Assembly (NCBI RefSeq): GCF_964213995.1
Contig: NW_027590123.1
Coordinates: forward strand, 1,550,001 to 1,614,000
Reading direction: 5' to 3'
Origin: Mustelus asterias
Taxonomy: Eukaryota
DNA: 64,000 nt
The notes under the pieces are model-generated. The model ran no database searches, was not told the origin of the DNA, and saw only the letters and a list, made by a program, of their open reading frames with translations. Made by a program: the position numbers and the translations under genes. Below are positions 23,417-36,152 of this stretch, one piece after another. The number at the start of each line of letters is the position of its first letter. Positions within the stretch are counted from its first letter, which is position 1.

Positions 23417-25980
23417 AAGGTGCTCTGATAAGTGGGGTCAGTATGTCAGGACACAGGGATAGGGACTGGGTAAATGTACTCTGTTGAGTAGTGGGGTCAG
23501 TATGTCAGGGTACAGGGATAGGGCATGGGAAAATATATTCTGTTGAGTGGTGGGGTCAGTATACCAGGGCTCAGGGATAGGGCCTGCAGAAAGGTGCTCC
23601 GTTGATTTGTGGGGTCAGTATGTCAGGGTATAGGGATCGGGCCTGGGAAAACATACTCTGCTGATGGGTGGTGTCAGTATTTAGTGGTACAGTGATAGGG
23701 CCCGGGTAAAGGCGCTCTGTTGATTAATGGGTCAGTGTGTCAGGGTACAGGGATAGGGCCTGGGTAAAGGTGCTCTGTTGATTAGTGGGGTCAGTCTGTC
23801 AGGGGACAGGAATAGGGTATGGGGAATGTTGCTCAGATTAGTGGGGTCAGTATGTAAGGGCACAGGGATAGGGCCAGGGTAAAGGTGCTCTATTGATTAG
23901 TTGGGTCAGTATGTCAGGGTACAGGGATAGGGCCTGCGTTAAGGTGCTCTGTTGATTAGTGGGGTCAGTCTGTCAGGGTACAGGAATAGGGTGTGGGGAA
24001 TGCTGCTCTGATTAGTGGGGTCAGTATGTCAGGGGTTAGGGATAGGGCCTGGGTAAAGGTGCTCCAATTAGTGGGGTCAGTATGTCAGGACACAGGGATC
24101 GGGCCTGGGTAAAGGTACTCTGTTGATTAGTGGGGTCAGTGTGTCAGGGTACAGGGATAAGGCCTGGGTAAAGGTGCTCTTTTGATTATTGGGGTCAGTA
24201 TGTTGGGGTACAGCGATTGGGCCTGGGTAAAGGTGCTCTGTTGATTATTGGGGTCAGTATGTTGGGGTACAGGGATTGGGCCTGGGTAAAGGTGCTCTGT
24301 TGATTAGTGGGGTCAGTATGTCAGGGTACAGGGATAGGGCCTGGGTAAAGATGCTCTGTTGATTCATGGGTTCACTATGTCAGGACAAAGGGATAGGGCC
24401 TGGGTAAAAGTGCTCTGTTGATTAGCGGGGTCAGTATATCAGGGCACAGGGATCGGGCCTGGGCAAAGGTGCTCTGTTGATTCATGGGGTTCAGTATGTC
24501 AGGACACAAGGATACGGCCTGGGGAAAAGTTTTCTGTTGATTATTGGGGTCAGTATTCAAGGGTACAGGGATAGGGCCTGCGTAAAGATACTCTGCTAAT
24601 GGGTGGTGTCAGTATGTCAGGGTGCAGGGATCGGACCTGGGAAAAGGTGTTCTGTTCGTGCGTGAGGTCAATATGTCAGGGGACAGGGATAGGGCGTGGG
24701 TCATGGTGCTCTTTTGATCAGTCGAGTCAGTATGTCAGGGCACACGGATAGGGCCTGGGTAAAAGGGCTGTGTTGATTAGTGGGGTCAGTATGTCAGGGT
24801 ACAGGGATAGGGCCTGGGGAATATTGCTCTGATTAGTGGAGTCAGTATGTCACGGTACAGGGATCGGGCCTGGGTGAAGGTGTTCTGATTAGTGGGGTCA
24901 GTATGTCAGTGTCTAGGGATTGGGCGTGGGTAAAGGTGCTCTGTTGATTAGTGGGGTCTGTCCGTCATGGCACAGGGATAGGGCCAGGGGAATGTTGCTC
25001 TGATCAGTGGGGTCAGTATGTCAGGGGACAGGGATAGGGCCTGGGTAAAGGTGTTCTGTTGATTAGTAGGGTCAGTATGTCAGGGTACAGGGATCGGGCC
25101 TGGGTAATGGTACTCTGTTGATTAATGGGTTCAGTATGTCAGGGCCCAGCGATAGGGCCTGGGGAATGTTGCTCTGATTCGTGGGTTCTGTATGTCAGGG
25201 TACAGTGATAGGGCCTGGGTAAAAGTGCTCTATTGATTAGTGGGGTCAGTATGTCAGGGCACAGCGATAGGGGCTGGGGAATGTTGCTCTGATTAGTGGG
25301 GTCTGTATGTCAGGGTACAGTGAAGGGCCTGGGTAAAAGTGCTCTGTTGATTAGTGGGGGTCAGTATGTCAGGGCACAGGGATACGGCCTGGGGAAAGGT
25401 GCTCTGTTGATTAGTGGGGTTAGTATGTCAGGCAAGAGGAATAGTGACTGGGTAAAAGTGTTCTGTTGATTAGTGGGGTCAGTATCTCAGGGGACAGGGA
25501 TAGGGCCTGGGTCAAGGTTTTCTGTTCATTATTGGGGTCAGTATGCCAGGGTACAAGGATAGGGCCTGGGTAAACGTGCTCTGTTTATTCGTGGGGTCAG
25601 TCTGTCAGGGTACAGGGATAGGGCCTGCGTACATGTACTCTGCAGATGGGTGCTGTCAGTATGTCAGGGTAGCGGGATAGGACCTGGGAAAAGGTGCTCT
25701 GTTCATTCGTGAGGTCAGTATGACAGGGGACAGGGGTCAGGTCTGGGGAAAGGTGCTCTATTGGCCAGTGGGGTCAGTATGTCAGGGTACAGGACTAGGG
25801 CCTGGGAAACGATGCTCTGATTAGTGGGGTCAGTATTTCAGGGTGCAGGGATAGGGCCTGGGTAAAGGTGCTCTGTTGATTAGTGGGGTCAGTATGTCAG
25901 GGTACCGGGATAAGACCTGGGTAACGGTGCTCTGTTGATTAGTGGGTTCTGGAGTCAGTATGTCAGGGGATTAGTGGGGT
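23417..25980. repeat. ~59-bp satellite (AAAGGTGCTCTGTTGATTAGTGGGGTCAGTATGTCAGGGTACAGGGATAGGGCCTGGGT), ~43 copies
   Basis: Direct tandem periodicity; shorter variant units with GGGGAATGTTGCTCTGATT. Confidence 0.95.
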
Positions 25981-26445
25981 CTGGAGTGAAAGTGATCTGA
26001 AATGATGCAACAGAAACAGAGAGGGTGACCAGCGAATTAAAAATTCCTGATATCTATTCTGGAAGTCTCATGGTCAGGATTCGACGCCACGGAGTGAATA
26101 ACTTCTTATCTAATTCTTCATTAAATCAAAATACGCCTCACAGTGTCTGTTCAGGGAGAAACAACGTTGATCTTTCAGCTGATTGAACTTGTATCAGACT
26201 GGAAAAGTTAGAGATGAAACATCAGCAATGAACTCTGAAGAAGAATCACACAGCAGACACACGGCAGACATTTATCACAAAAGGAACTGACACATGTCAA
26301 ATTCTGTCTCTTTCAAGTCACATCGATCTCGTCCTTCCCCATTCAGACATTTCCACATCCGTCAGATATCACCCACCTGAAAATCCAGCCTGTTCCTCGT
26401 TCCGCTGATGATGATACACTAACTCCGTGCTGAACCCAGCAATTG

Positions 26446-26470
26446 GCTCCATAGCTCAGTGGGTAGAGGA
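26446..26470 (+). pseudogene. tRNA-Thr 5' fragment
   Basis: GGCTCCATAGCTCAGTGGGTAGAG; flank is an inverted copy of 48573-48680. Confidence 0.55.
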
Positions 26471-27242
26471 GATTGGGTGTAATGTTGGAAAGTGACAAGA
26501 TGTTTTCTTGTTGGTAAGCGAGGAAAGAGCAAAGCATGTTTGAAAATGTGAGCTGATTTCTCAGTGTTGATGTTCAAAATGACTTGGGTGCTTTTGTAAA
26601 AGGAACGCGGGACATTAGAGTGCAGGTGCAGCCGATAATTAGGAAGGCAAATGGAAGTTTGGTCTTTCATGCAAACAGATTGGAATACAAGAATAAGAAA
26701 AAAACTTGCTACAGTTTTATGGGGTTTCACTGGGGCCACATGTGGCACAGTGTGTGCAATTTTGATATCCACATTTACAAAAGAATAGCATTGCACTGGA
26801 AACAGTGCACTAAATGTTCACCAGATTAGTCTCTGGGATGAGAGAGTTCTCCTGGGATGAGAGTTTGTGTAAACTGCGCTGAAATTACCTGAAGCTAAAA
26901 AAAAGTGAGAGGATATCTCATTGAATCCTGCTGAATACCGAGACATTGTTTGCACTGGTCGGGAAATCTAAACCAGTCTCAAGATGAGCACCCCTCGGCG
27001 AATTGACACAAGAGCACTTACAGACATGACTCTTATTAGATTCTAATTCTTAACTTTCTTAACATATTTGAAATAAATATATTGATGCATGTATTATGTA
27101 TGGAATTAATATTTATTACATAAATAATGTTGGTGACAACGGATAACAGTAGAGACGACAACACTTGAGAAATATTTTTCATTTTGCCCACGGTCCCAGG
27201 CACTCTGTCACAATGAGTGCTGATGGGGAAAAATAGAAAACT

Positions 27243-27316
27243 GTTGGTGGATTGGTGTCGAACCACCAACCTATCTGTTAATAGTCGAATGCGCTGACCA
27301 ATTGCGCTTAACAGAC
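27243..27316 (-). pseudogene. tRNA-Asn pseudogene
   Basis: GCGCAATTGGTCAGCGCATTCGACTATTAACAGATAGGTTGGTGGTTCGA; broken acceptor stem, anticodon mutated. Confidence 0.7.
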
Positions 27317-27999
27317 TGGCATAAACTGAGCCGACACTATATGAGAGTGTCAGCGAGTGCTGGATATAATCTAACGTAATTCTGTTTTGTATAAAACAAG
27401 AGTTTAGTGTTTAATTCAGCGAGACATTACCTTTTAATTTGACCAAAATTTGGATCCAGATCTTGGAGATATCTGTGTCAGTGGAAATAATAAAACCAAC
27501 CCCATTGCCACACAGATTTCATCTTGTGTCACAATCTTTACCATCAGCTCTTTGCAGCCTATTGTTCAACTTCACTATCTGTGTTTATTCTTGGCCTATT
27601 GCCCATACGACCTTTCCAATACGGATAGAAATCGAGAAAGCTCATTCCACTGATTGTGACAGCGCTGTTTTCGATCAGGTTTGTTAAACGGATTCTCAAA
27701 AAGATTAAATCTTAGTATATCGAAGCCGTGACCCTGAAAACTCAGATTTCTAACCACTTGACTATCAGAATCTCATCTTCCTGATTCTCCCAGATATTCA
27801 TGACAGGAATGAGCACAGTGTCAATTACCCACAGTGACACTCATCTTTCTGTCCTATGCACGCTATTAAGCTTTAAAAATATTTATATTTCCACACGAGC
27901 TTCCAGCGTGACGAACGCCGAACTGTGATCAGCTGATGTTGTTCAACAGATTTACAGCAGTAAGGTTTATAACAGGTCGATGCTCACATTGTTCTTTGA

Positions 28000-28940
28000 A
28001 TGTATAAATGATTTGGAAGAAAGTGTAATCAGCAAGTTTGCGGATGACACAAAGATGGCTGGACTTGCGGATAGCGAAGAGCATTGTCGGGCAATACAGC
28101 AGGATATAGATAGGCTGGAAAATTGGGCGGAGAGGTGGCAGATGGAGTTTAATCCGGATAAATGCGAAGTGATTAATTTTGGAAGAAATAATGTAGGGAG
28201 GAGTTATACAATAAATGGCAGAGTCATCAGGAGTATAGAAACACAGAGGGACCTAGGTGTGCAAGTCCACAAATCTTTGAAGGTGGCAACACAGGTGGAG
28301 AAGGTGGTGAAGAAGGCATATGGTATGCTTGCCTTTATAGCATGGGGTATAGAATATAAAAGCTGGAGTCTGATGATGCAGCTGTATAGAACGCTGGTTA
28401 GGCCACATTTGGAGTACTGCGTCCAGTTCTGGTCGCCGCACTACCAGAAGGACGTGGAGGCGTTAGAGAGAGTGCAGAGAAGGTTTACCAGGATGTTGCC
28501 TGGTATGGAGGGTCTTAGCTATGAGGAGAGATTGGGTAAACTGGGGTTGTTCTCCCTGGAAAGATGGAGAATGAGGGGAGATCTAATAGAGGTGTACAAG
28601 ATTATGAAGGGTATAGATAGGGTGAACAGTGGGAAGCTTTTTCCCAGGTCGGAGGTGACGATCACGAGGGGTCACGGGCTCAAGGTGAGAGGGGCGAAGT
28701 GTAACTCAGATATCAGAGGGACGTTTTTTACACAGAGGGTGGTGGGGGCCTGGAATGCGCTGCCAAGTAGGGTGGTGGAGGCAGGCACGCTGACATCGTT
28801 TAAGACTTACCCTGGATAGTCACATGAGCAGCCTGGGAATGGAGGGATAGAAACGATTGGTCCAGTTGGACCAAGGAGCGGCACAGGCTTGGAGGACCGA
28901 AGGGCCTGTTTCCTGTGCTGTACTGTTCTTTGTTCTTTGT
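28000..28940 (+). mobile_element. CR1 3' fragment (RT C-terminal ORF 27980..28819)
   Basis: ISKFADDTK...RPHLEYCVQFWSP; close relative of 11150-12095. Confidence 0.92.
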
Positions 28941-29339
28941 AGTGAGTTACAATGAAATTTAATGCGGGAGAAGGTAGCTTACTCATTTTGACAGGGTAAT
29001 TGAGGGGATTGTAGAATGGGTCTGGTTATTCTCCCTGCTGTTTAAACTGGCACAAGGACCAGGACCGTTGAGGAAGTAATTTCAGCTTCCCTGAAGCCCA
29101 GCGCTGCACGAGAGCAAAAAACGATCATTACCTGACAGGGAATCGATCCCTCGTCAACCTGCCATAATTATTTCACCTCAGTGTCGATTTCATGCTGCAG
29201 CTGAGACCAATCAGTGCTCTCCTTAGCTGAACGAGGGTCGGTGTTCCAGCTCAACATGGCATTTTGTCCGACAAACATGTCTTAGGTACTTTAAACATGC
29301 TGAGGTTGATAGGTGAGGTTGAAATCCTTGCAAGTATCT

Positions 29340-29410
29340 TCCTTGGTAGCCCAGTGGTTAGGTTTCAGCGCTTTTACCGCCGCAGCCCGGGTTCTTTTTC
29401 AGTCAGGGAA
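29340..29410 (+). pseudogene. tRNA-Glu pseudogene
   Basis: TCCTTGGTAGCCCAGTGGTTAGG...CCGCCGCAGCCCGGGTTC...GTCAGGGAA; T-arm and anticodon altered. Confidence 0.75.
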
Positions 29411-30356
29411 TAAAAATTCATTTCTCCGGCACGGGGCATGAATTAAGAGGAGCTGAAATAACTTCCTGATAGGACACGGGGGATTTTCAAAAACATGGAG
29501 AAAATATCCGTCCCTTAGCACAACCACGTCAATTTCCCGCATCAATTTATAGTTACATTGCCTCTGCTGGTCCCTCCTGTCAAATTGGGCAACCATACAT
29601 TCTATTGCATTAAGTCTGAGCCCAAAAAAAGTGTTCGATCGAAAGTATTTCATGAAGTTTAAATGAAATCAAAGGTTTTAACAAAGGAACCCACGTCCTC
29701 CAAAAAGCTGCCAGCTTGATTGCAGTGCCTTAGGCCAGTGATCAACCTTACTGACATAATCATTTGTTGACAGATCTGGATTGCCATTCAATAGAATCAA
29801 TGGAGTGGGATTGGATCACATGTCCCATTGAGCCTCCTCTACCACTGAATAAGTTCAAGGTGGGTCCACAGGCTAAGTACCGATTTCCAACCCGACCCAA
29901 TAGCCCTTCATTCCTTTAAGTCTCGCGATCTCTCCATCTCATCCGTCAGATATCTCCCTCGACTGAGAATCCACAGACATCTGGTTTATGGAGTTACACG
30001 GATTCACAAGCCTTTGAGTGAAGAAATGTCTCCTCACCTCAGTCCTAAATGGCTGACATTATCCGGAGAATGCGAACGAGTTCCAGGCGCTTCAGCCAGG
30101 AAACAAACAGCCTCCAGTATGTAGATAAAAAGACATTACTCTGAGTGCTGAAATCTGAACCAAAAATGGAAACTGCTGGATAAAGGCTGCAGGTCTGACA
30201 GCAGCGGTGGAGCGAGAAGGGAACTACCGTTTCGCGTCTGGATGTATCTAACAATGAAACTCATCCATGAAAAACTGGTGTATTGTGCTTGTGAGCTGAA
30301 GTGAGGCAGTGTGTAAACTCATGATAGTCAGCTAATTGCAGCAGCTAATGTCAGCT

Positions 30357-30425
30357 ACCTTGGTGGTCTCGTGGTTATGATTAAGTGTTTTCGCCGTTGC
30401 GGCCCGGAATTGATTTTCGGGTAGT
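30357..30425 (+). pseudogene. tRNA-Glu pseudogene
   Basis: CCTTGGTGGTCTCGTGGTTATGATT...GCGGCCCGG. Confidence 0.6.
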
Positions 30426-31914
30426 TTTATTATACTGGTTTGCACACCATCACAATGAGCTTTTTCAGCGTCTGTGGCGTGAGAGACAAAGTTAATCTTC
30501 CAACTAATTGATCTTTCAGCAGAGCTCGAAAATCGGAGATAAAACAGGTGGAAAACAAATCCTTGGCTATGATCACGAGTGATTCCAGAATAAATATGCT
30601 TTTTGTCATGTTCTAACTCGGTCCCAGTACCACTCAGGACAATAGTTACCGCACGTTTTTAAGAGGAAGAGGGGCCGATCCCTTATCTCGCCCATGCCAA
30701 TGATTACTGCTATTACTGAATACCCTCAAGTTAGGACGACCTCTCCAAATAACAAGACTGTGTTCAAGCCGTAAACCATGTCCCCTCCCCATGTTATCTT
30801 TAGATCATTTAGTTCTCCAAACAGCTTCACATTTGTTTACAATCTGTGAGGATTGACATCTATGATGTTTTTGCCTGAGAACTAGCAGCCAGTTTTGTGC
30901 CCTTGAGTACTGTCCCGCAGCTAGCAGTGTACAGGACGTTTTTGCTGAACTACGTCTTTTAGCACTTTTGCTGAAGATGGTTATTAGTGTGGCTACTTAC
31001 CCCCTTCACGCTGCATCACCGTAACCTTTTCTCTTCTTTTCTCGTCAAGCACGGACACAATGTGTATAAAGACGGCAAAGATTAAGAAAAAATAAACTCT
31101 ATGCCATAATAGGTTTGTGTTTTCAATATTCATAGAATCAGAGTGAAATTTGGTCAATTGTTTTGGAAAACTTAAAACAAAATCTTTAGCATGTTCCAGT
31201 ATGTAAGATTAATGTCTGGCAGAGGAATTACGGAGTGCAAAAACGTTTACACACTCCCATTCTGAAGGGGGTTAGTGTCTGATAGCTGCACCAGATGTAC
31301 AAATTACAGTTTGATAGAACCCCAATTTCAATCTCCATGTGGTATCCCGTGTGCTGGTAATATTGTTCAGTAGTCACACTTCAGCAACCGGTTCCCAAGC
31401 GCAGGCATTGAGTTACTGAGACTCACGACGTCAAACGCATGCAGTAGCTGCGGGTCGCCAGCAGATGGGGATATTGTATTACTTCAACAGTACGATAGTG
31501 AAACTGATCTGAGGAGATTTTTTAGGGGAAATGAAAGCACCGGCATCCATATCTATGAAAGTGGAATTCAAAGGGAAATATTGTCCGACGTTTGTGAATT
31601 CATCACTTTCATTGATAGTTGCATTCCTACTGATGGAATTGAATGTTTGCAAGTAATCATTTCATTACATTCTATTCTCATTGCTTTTACGAATTCATTG
31701 TTTTTATCACCAAGACTTTGGTAAATATTATTAATCATAGCTGGACAGATATGAATCTGTCCCTCAGTTTTCCACATTCCAGCCATTTTGTTCGAGGTCC
31801 CATCACAAATCTAGTCCAATTCTGCTTCGATCCAGGTCGGCGTATATTAAAAGTGTGTTTCCTTATTTGAAATTTCCACTCCAGGACATTTATTGCCCGA
31901 AGTCATTCTGACAC

Positions 31915-32570
31915 ATAGAACACAGAAAGGAACAAAGTAAATTATAGCACAGGAACAGGCCCTCCAATCCTGCACCGACCATGCTGCCCAACTTAACTAA
32001 AGCGCCTCACCCTTCCGGGGACAATATCCCTCTATTCCCGTTCCATTCATGTATTTGTCAAGACGCCCTTTAAAAGCCACCGCCGCATCCGCTTCCACTA
32101 CCTCCCCCGGCAGCGAGTTCCAGGCACCCACCATTCTTTGTGTGAAAAATCTGCCTCGCACGTCTCCTTTAAATCTTGCCCCTCGCACCTTAAACCTGTG
32201 CCCCCGAGTAATTGACTCTCCCACCTTGGGAAAAAGCTTCTGACTGTCCACTCTGTCCATCACTCTCGTAATCTTATAGACTTCTAATAGCTCGCCCCGC
32301 AGCCTCCATCGCCCCAGTGAGAACAAACCAAGTTTCTCCCACCTCTCTTCATAGCTAATGCCCTCCATACCAGGCAACAACTGAGGTTATATAAAGCTGC
32401 AACATGACTTGCCAATTTTTAAACTCAATGCCCCGGCCGATGAGGGCAAGCATGCCGTATGCCTTCTTGAGTACCTTCTCCACCTGCGTTGCCACTTTCA
32501 GTGACCTGAGCACTTGTACACCCAGATCTGTTTGCCTATCAATACTCTTAAGGGTTCTGCCAATTACTGT
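31915..32570 (-). mobile_element. CR1 3' fragment
   Basis: ORF 31997..32380 MLPGMEG.SYEER...FFTQR.VGAWN. Confidence 0.88.
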
Positions 32571-32829
32571 ATAATGCTGGAAATTCCATGGGAGTTTTGG
32601 AATGATTTACTGGCCACGTCTTGGCATTGTTAGCAAATTGTACCAAATGCTTTGCCGAATGCTCGAATTGTCTAAAGGAAGAGAACAATATTTCCATTCT
32701 GAAAACCCTGCCTTCAAATCGTATTTGCTGAATTATAATCGAACATAAACGTTCCATTGGAAAACCATATCGGTATAACATTAGAGGCATAAATAATCAA
32801 CTTACATTTTCCAAGTGTAAAGTCATCAG

Positions 32830-34220
32830 GAGTCTGTGTTGGGATGGGGCGGCGGTGGAGGGTTCGGGTTGGGTGAATGGTAAAGAGTGGGATGTTGGAG
32901 TGGATGGTGGAGGTTTGTTGTTGATTAGAATGACGGGAGTTTGGTGAAGGAGTTGTCTGAATGGTGGGGAGATGGAGTGGATGGTGGGAAGGGCGGTGTT
33001 GAGTGGCATGGTGGGAGTTTGGGGGAGGAGTTGGAGAGGATGGTGAATGTTGGGGAGTTGGAACAGACGGTGGAGGTGTGATTTGGTTTGAATGGTGGGT
33101 GATTCCGGGAGGTGTTAAGGTGGATGGTGAAGGGTGGGAAGATGGAATGCATGGTGGGATTTGTGGGGTTGTCGTGGAAGGTGGGAGTTTCGTGGAGGAG
33201 GTGGAGTGGATCGTAATGGATGGGGAGTTCGAGTGAATGATGGGAGTTGTGGGGTTGGGTTGGATGGTGAGGGTTTGCGGGAGCAGTTGGGATGGAAGGT
33301 GAAGTGTGGGGATGTGGAGTGGATATTGGGAGGTGTGGGGTCCGGTTGGATGTTGGGAGTTTGGGGGATGAGTTGGGGTGGATGGTGAATTGTGGGGAAT
33401 TGGAGTGGATGGTGTGTCGTTGGGTTAGATGGTACTAGTTTGGTGACGGGTTCGGGTAGAAGGTGAAGGATGTGGAGCTGGAGGGGATGGTTGAAGGTGT
33501 GGGGTTAGGTTAGATGATGGGGGTTTGGTGGAAGAGTTGGGGTGGATGGTGTATGGTGTGGATTTGGAGTGGATGGTCGAAGGTATGGGGTTGTGTTTGA
33601 TGGTGGGAGTTTGGTGTAAGTGTTGGTGTGGATGGTGAAGAGTGTGGAGTTGGAGTGGATGGCATGAGGTGTGCGTTCGGTTGGATTGTGGCTTTTGAGT
33701 GGAGGAGTTGAGGTGGATGGTGAAGGGTGGGGAGGTGGACTGGGTAGTGTGGAGGGTGTGGAATTGGGGTGCATAGTTGGATTTGTGCGTATCGTTTGGA
33801 TGATGTCTGTTGAGTGGAGGAGTTGGGGGTGATAGAGAAGGGTCGTGAGTTGGAGTGAATGGTGGGAGGCTGTGGGGTTGCATTGGATGGTGAGAGTTTG
33901 GGGGATGAGTTGGGCTGGGTGGTGAAGGGTGGGGAGTTGGGGTCGATGAAGGATGGCGTGGATTTGGCATGAACGGTGGATGGTGTCTGGATGGGTTGGC
34001 TGGTAGGAGTTTTTGGCAGGAGTTGGGGTGGATGGTGAAGGGTGGGGAGCTCGAGTAGATGGTAGGACGTGTGGGGTTGGGTTGGATGGGAGGAGTTTAG
34101 CGGATGAGTTGTGGTGCATGGTGAATAGCGAGGATTTTGTGTGGATGTTGGGGGGTGTGGTATTGTTTGGATGGTAGTTGTTTGGGGGAGGAGTTGGGCT
34201 GGATGATGAAGCGTTGATGG
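32830..34220. repeat. G/T-rich degenerate tandem repeat (~27-bp core GGGAGTTGGGGTGGATGGTGAAGGGTG)
   Basis: Strong strand asymmetry, recurring GAGTTGGRGTGGATGG. Confidence 0.8.
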
Positions 34221-34518
34221 GACTGAGGCCAAAACAGAGTTCTCTTTCTTTTGGAGCATGGAGGTAGGTTGGAGCTCAAGCAAAATGCTGCACCCAGTGT
34301 CCCCCTCCCAAACGAAGAGGAGAATCGATTCTAGAAATCAATGTGTCCTGTCCGTGCTGAATGCGAGGATTTACCTGATTGAAATCCAGATTAAAATGTT
34401 TCGACATTCTTTTTCAAATTGTAAATCCGTCTCCATCACTTAATCTGGTTGATGAATGAAAAAGTGACACCACGGCGAGATGGCTTTATTCAAGTAAGCG
34501 AGCTATAATGACTGACTA

Positions 34519-35426
34519 TCAGATCACTGTTTTAATGAACTGCACAATTCCAGTAAATGGAAGTTTCACCACATTCTTCAGATCCTCTCTGAATTGTGCC
34601 TGGGTCACGGCATAAATGCATGTGTTGGTGCAGCAACTCAGGAGTTGCAGCATAAATCCCAGTTCCTGCACAAATTCGGGCAAAATTGCACTAATAAATT
34701 TGATACGGTCCAATCGGCTATAAAACGAATAGATGAGGAACACTGACCATAACAAGATGAAATTTCCCGATATTGCAAACAGTAAAATAATGGATTTCCT
34801 TCTCTTTTCTATCTCTGGGTCACTTTCACTTCCCCCACTCTTGTGGCTCCGAAGTCTCCTGCGGACTTTGCTCGACACTAAAATGTGTTTAACGGTTATA
34901 ACATTGAGCAGCATAATCAACAAGAAAGGAACAAATGGAGTTAAAATATAATGCACAATTTCAACTGCTGCCCACACTCCTGATTCTGTAACAGCATAAT
35001 GTACATAACAAAACCAAGGATTATTTCCGAAAAAATATGTATCCCCACACATGAAGTACCAGAAAGTGTTCTTTAGACTGAACACCACACTCACTGTTCC
35101 GAGAACCACAGCTGCCGTTTTCTCAGTGCAGTGTTTTATTTTCAGTTTCTGACAAGAAATGGCCACGAAACGATCAAAGGTGAAAGCGACAGTGAACCAG
35201 ACAGAACAATCAGTGACTGCGTAAAGCAGGACAGCATGGATATTACACACTCTAATGTGAGCCATGAACAGAAATTGACGAAGAAAACGGATAGGAATTT
35301 GTCTCAGTATGAGATCTATTATAACGACCAGTAGATCTGCCGCTGACATGGAAATTAGGTAACGTGTGATACATTTGGAAAGCCCACACCTTCCTCGTGC
35401 TAGGATAAGAATCGTCAGTAAGTTCA
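34519..35426 (-). CDS. GPR139-like GPCR gene 2, coding exon 2 (spliced product ~334 aa)
   Basis: Acceptor CTTCCTGACAG; NLLTILIL, YLISMSAADLLV, SVWFTVAFTFDRFVAISC, RRKSIILLF, CCTNTCIY; open to stop. Confidence 0.9.
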
Positions 35427-36054
35427 CTGTCAGGAAGAGAGGCACAATTAATTCATATTTCAGACTGAGAACAGGGGCAGTGATCTATCAGGATCCTGTG
35501 GAACATTTGCTGCTTTTTTTTTAGAGTCCAGCCTCAGAATAGAATGACTTCACCTGTGACCTTTCTTTCAGCTGGAGACAGAGGTTAAAGCAATAAAACA
35601 CCGCATTAATGTAGCAAGAAATACAATTAACCAACAGATGTAATCTATTTGCTGTCTTGTGCAGAATTTCCCTTTGGGAGACACAATACGTTTGGCTGAA
35701 ATGCTACACAAACGTGTTTCTGGTGCTAGACACTGCTGTGTCTGTGCTAAAAACTGTCCATTTGTACATCTTGGATAAGTTGCTTTGGACTTGCTTGTGA
35801 ATCGCGAAGCTGGGCTTTTTTTTAGCTGATGTTAAACTATTTTGTCACTTCGACGGGAAGTGTCAAAGTGACAGTCGGGGATAGAGGGGTGGGGGGAGTA
35901 GCTGGCTGCTGGGTGTCTGGAGAAGAGCGGGGGGCTTTTCGGGACAGGTGCGGAGGGCGGGGGTCGGAAGTTACTGGAGCAGCTAACGGTGCTTTCAAAG
36001 TGGGCGGATTACGTGACGGAGCTGCAAAAGAGCCTGACTATTCTTGCGAGTTTG

Positions 36055-36152
36055 TGCATGTTTGTGTGTGTGTATCTGTGTGTGTGTGCGCGCGCGTGTG
36101 CGTGTGTGTGTGTGTGCGAGCGCGCGTGCGCCCGTGTGTGCCTGTGTGTATG
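36055..36152. repeat. (TG)n/(CG)n alternating purine-pyrimidine microsatellite
   Basis: Direct sequence. Confidence 0.85.

Noticed and set aside
23417-25980. CRISPR-like regular array
   Set aside because: Head-to-tail units without unique spacers, vertebrate context, no cas genes
33003-34283. Long Pro/Thr/His-rich mucin- or extensin-like ORFs
   Set aside because: Low-complexity G-rich repeat open in several frames; no splice or signal evidence
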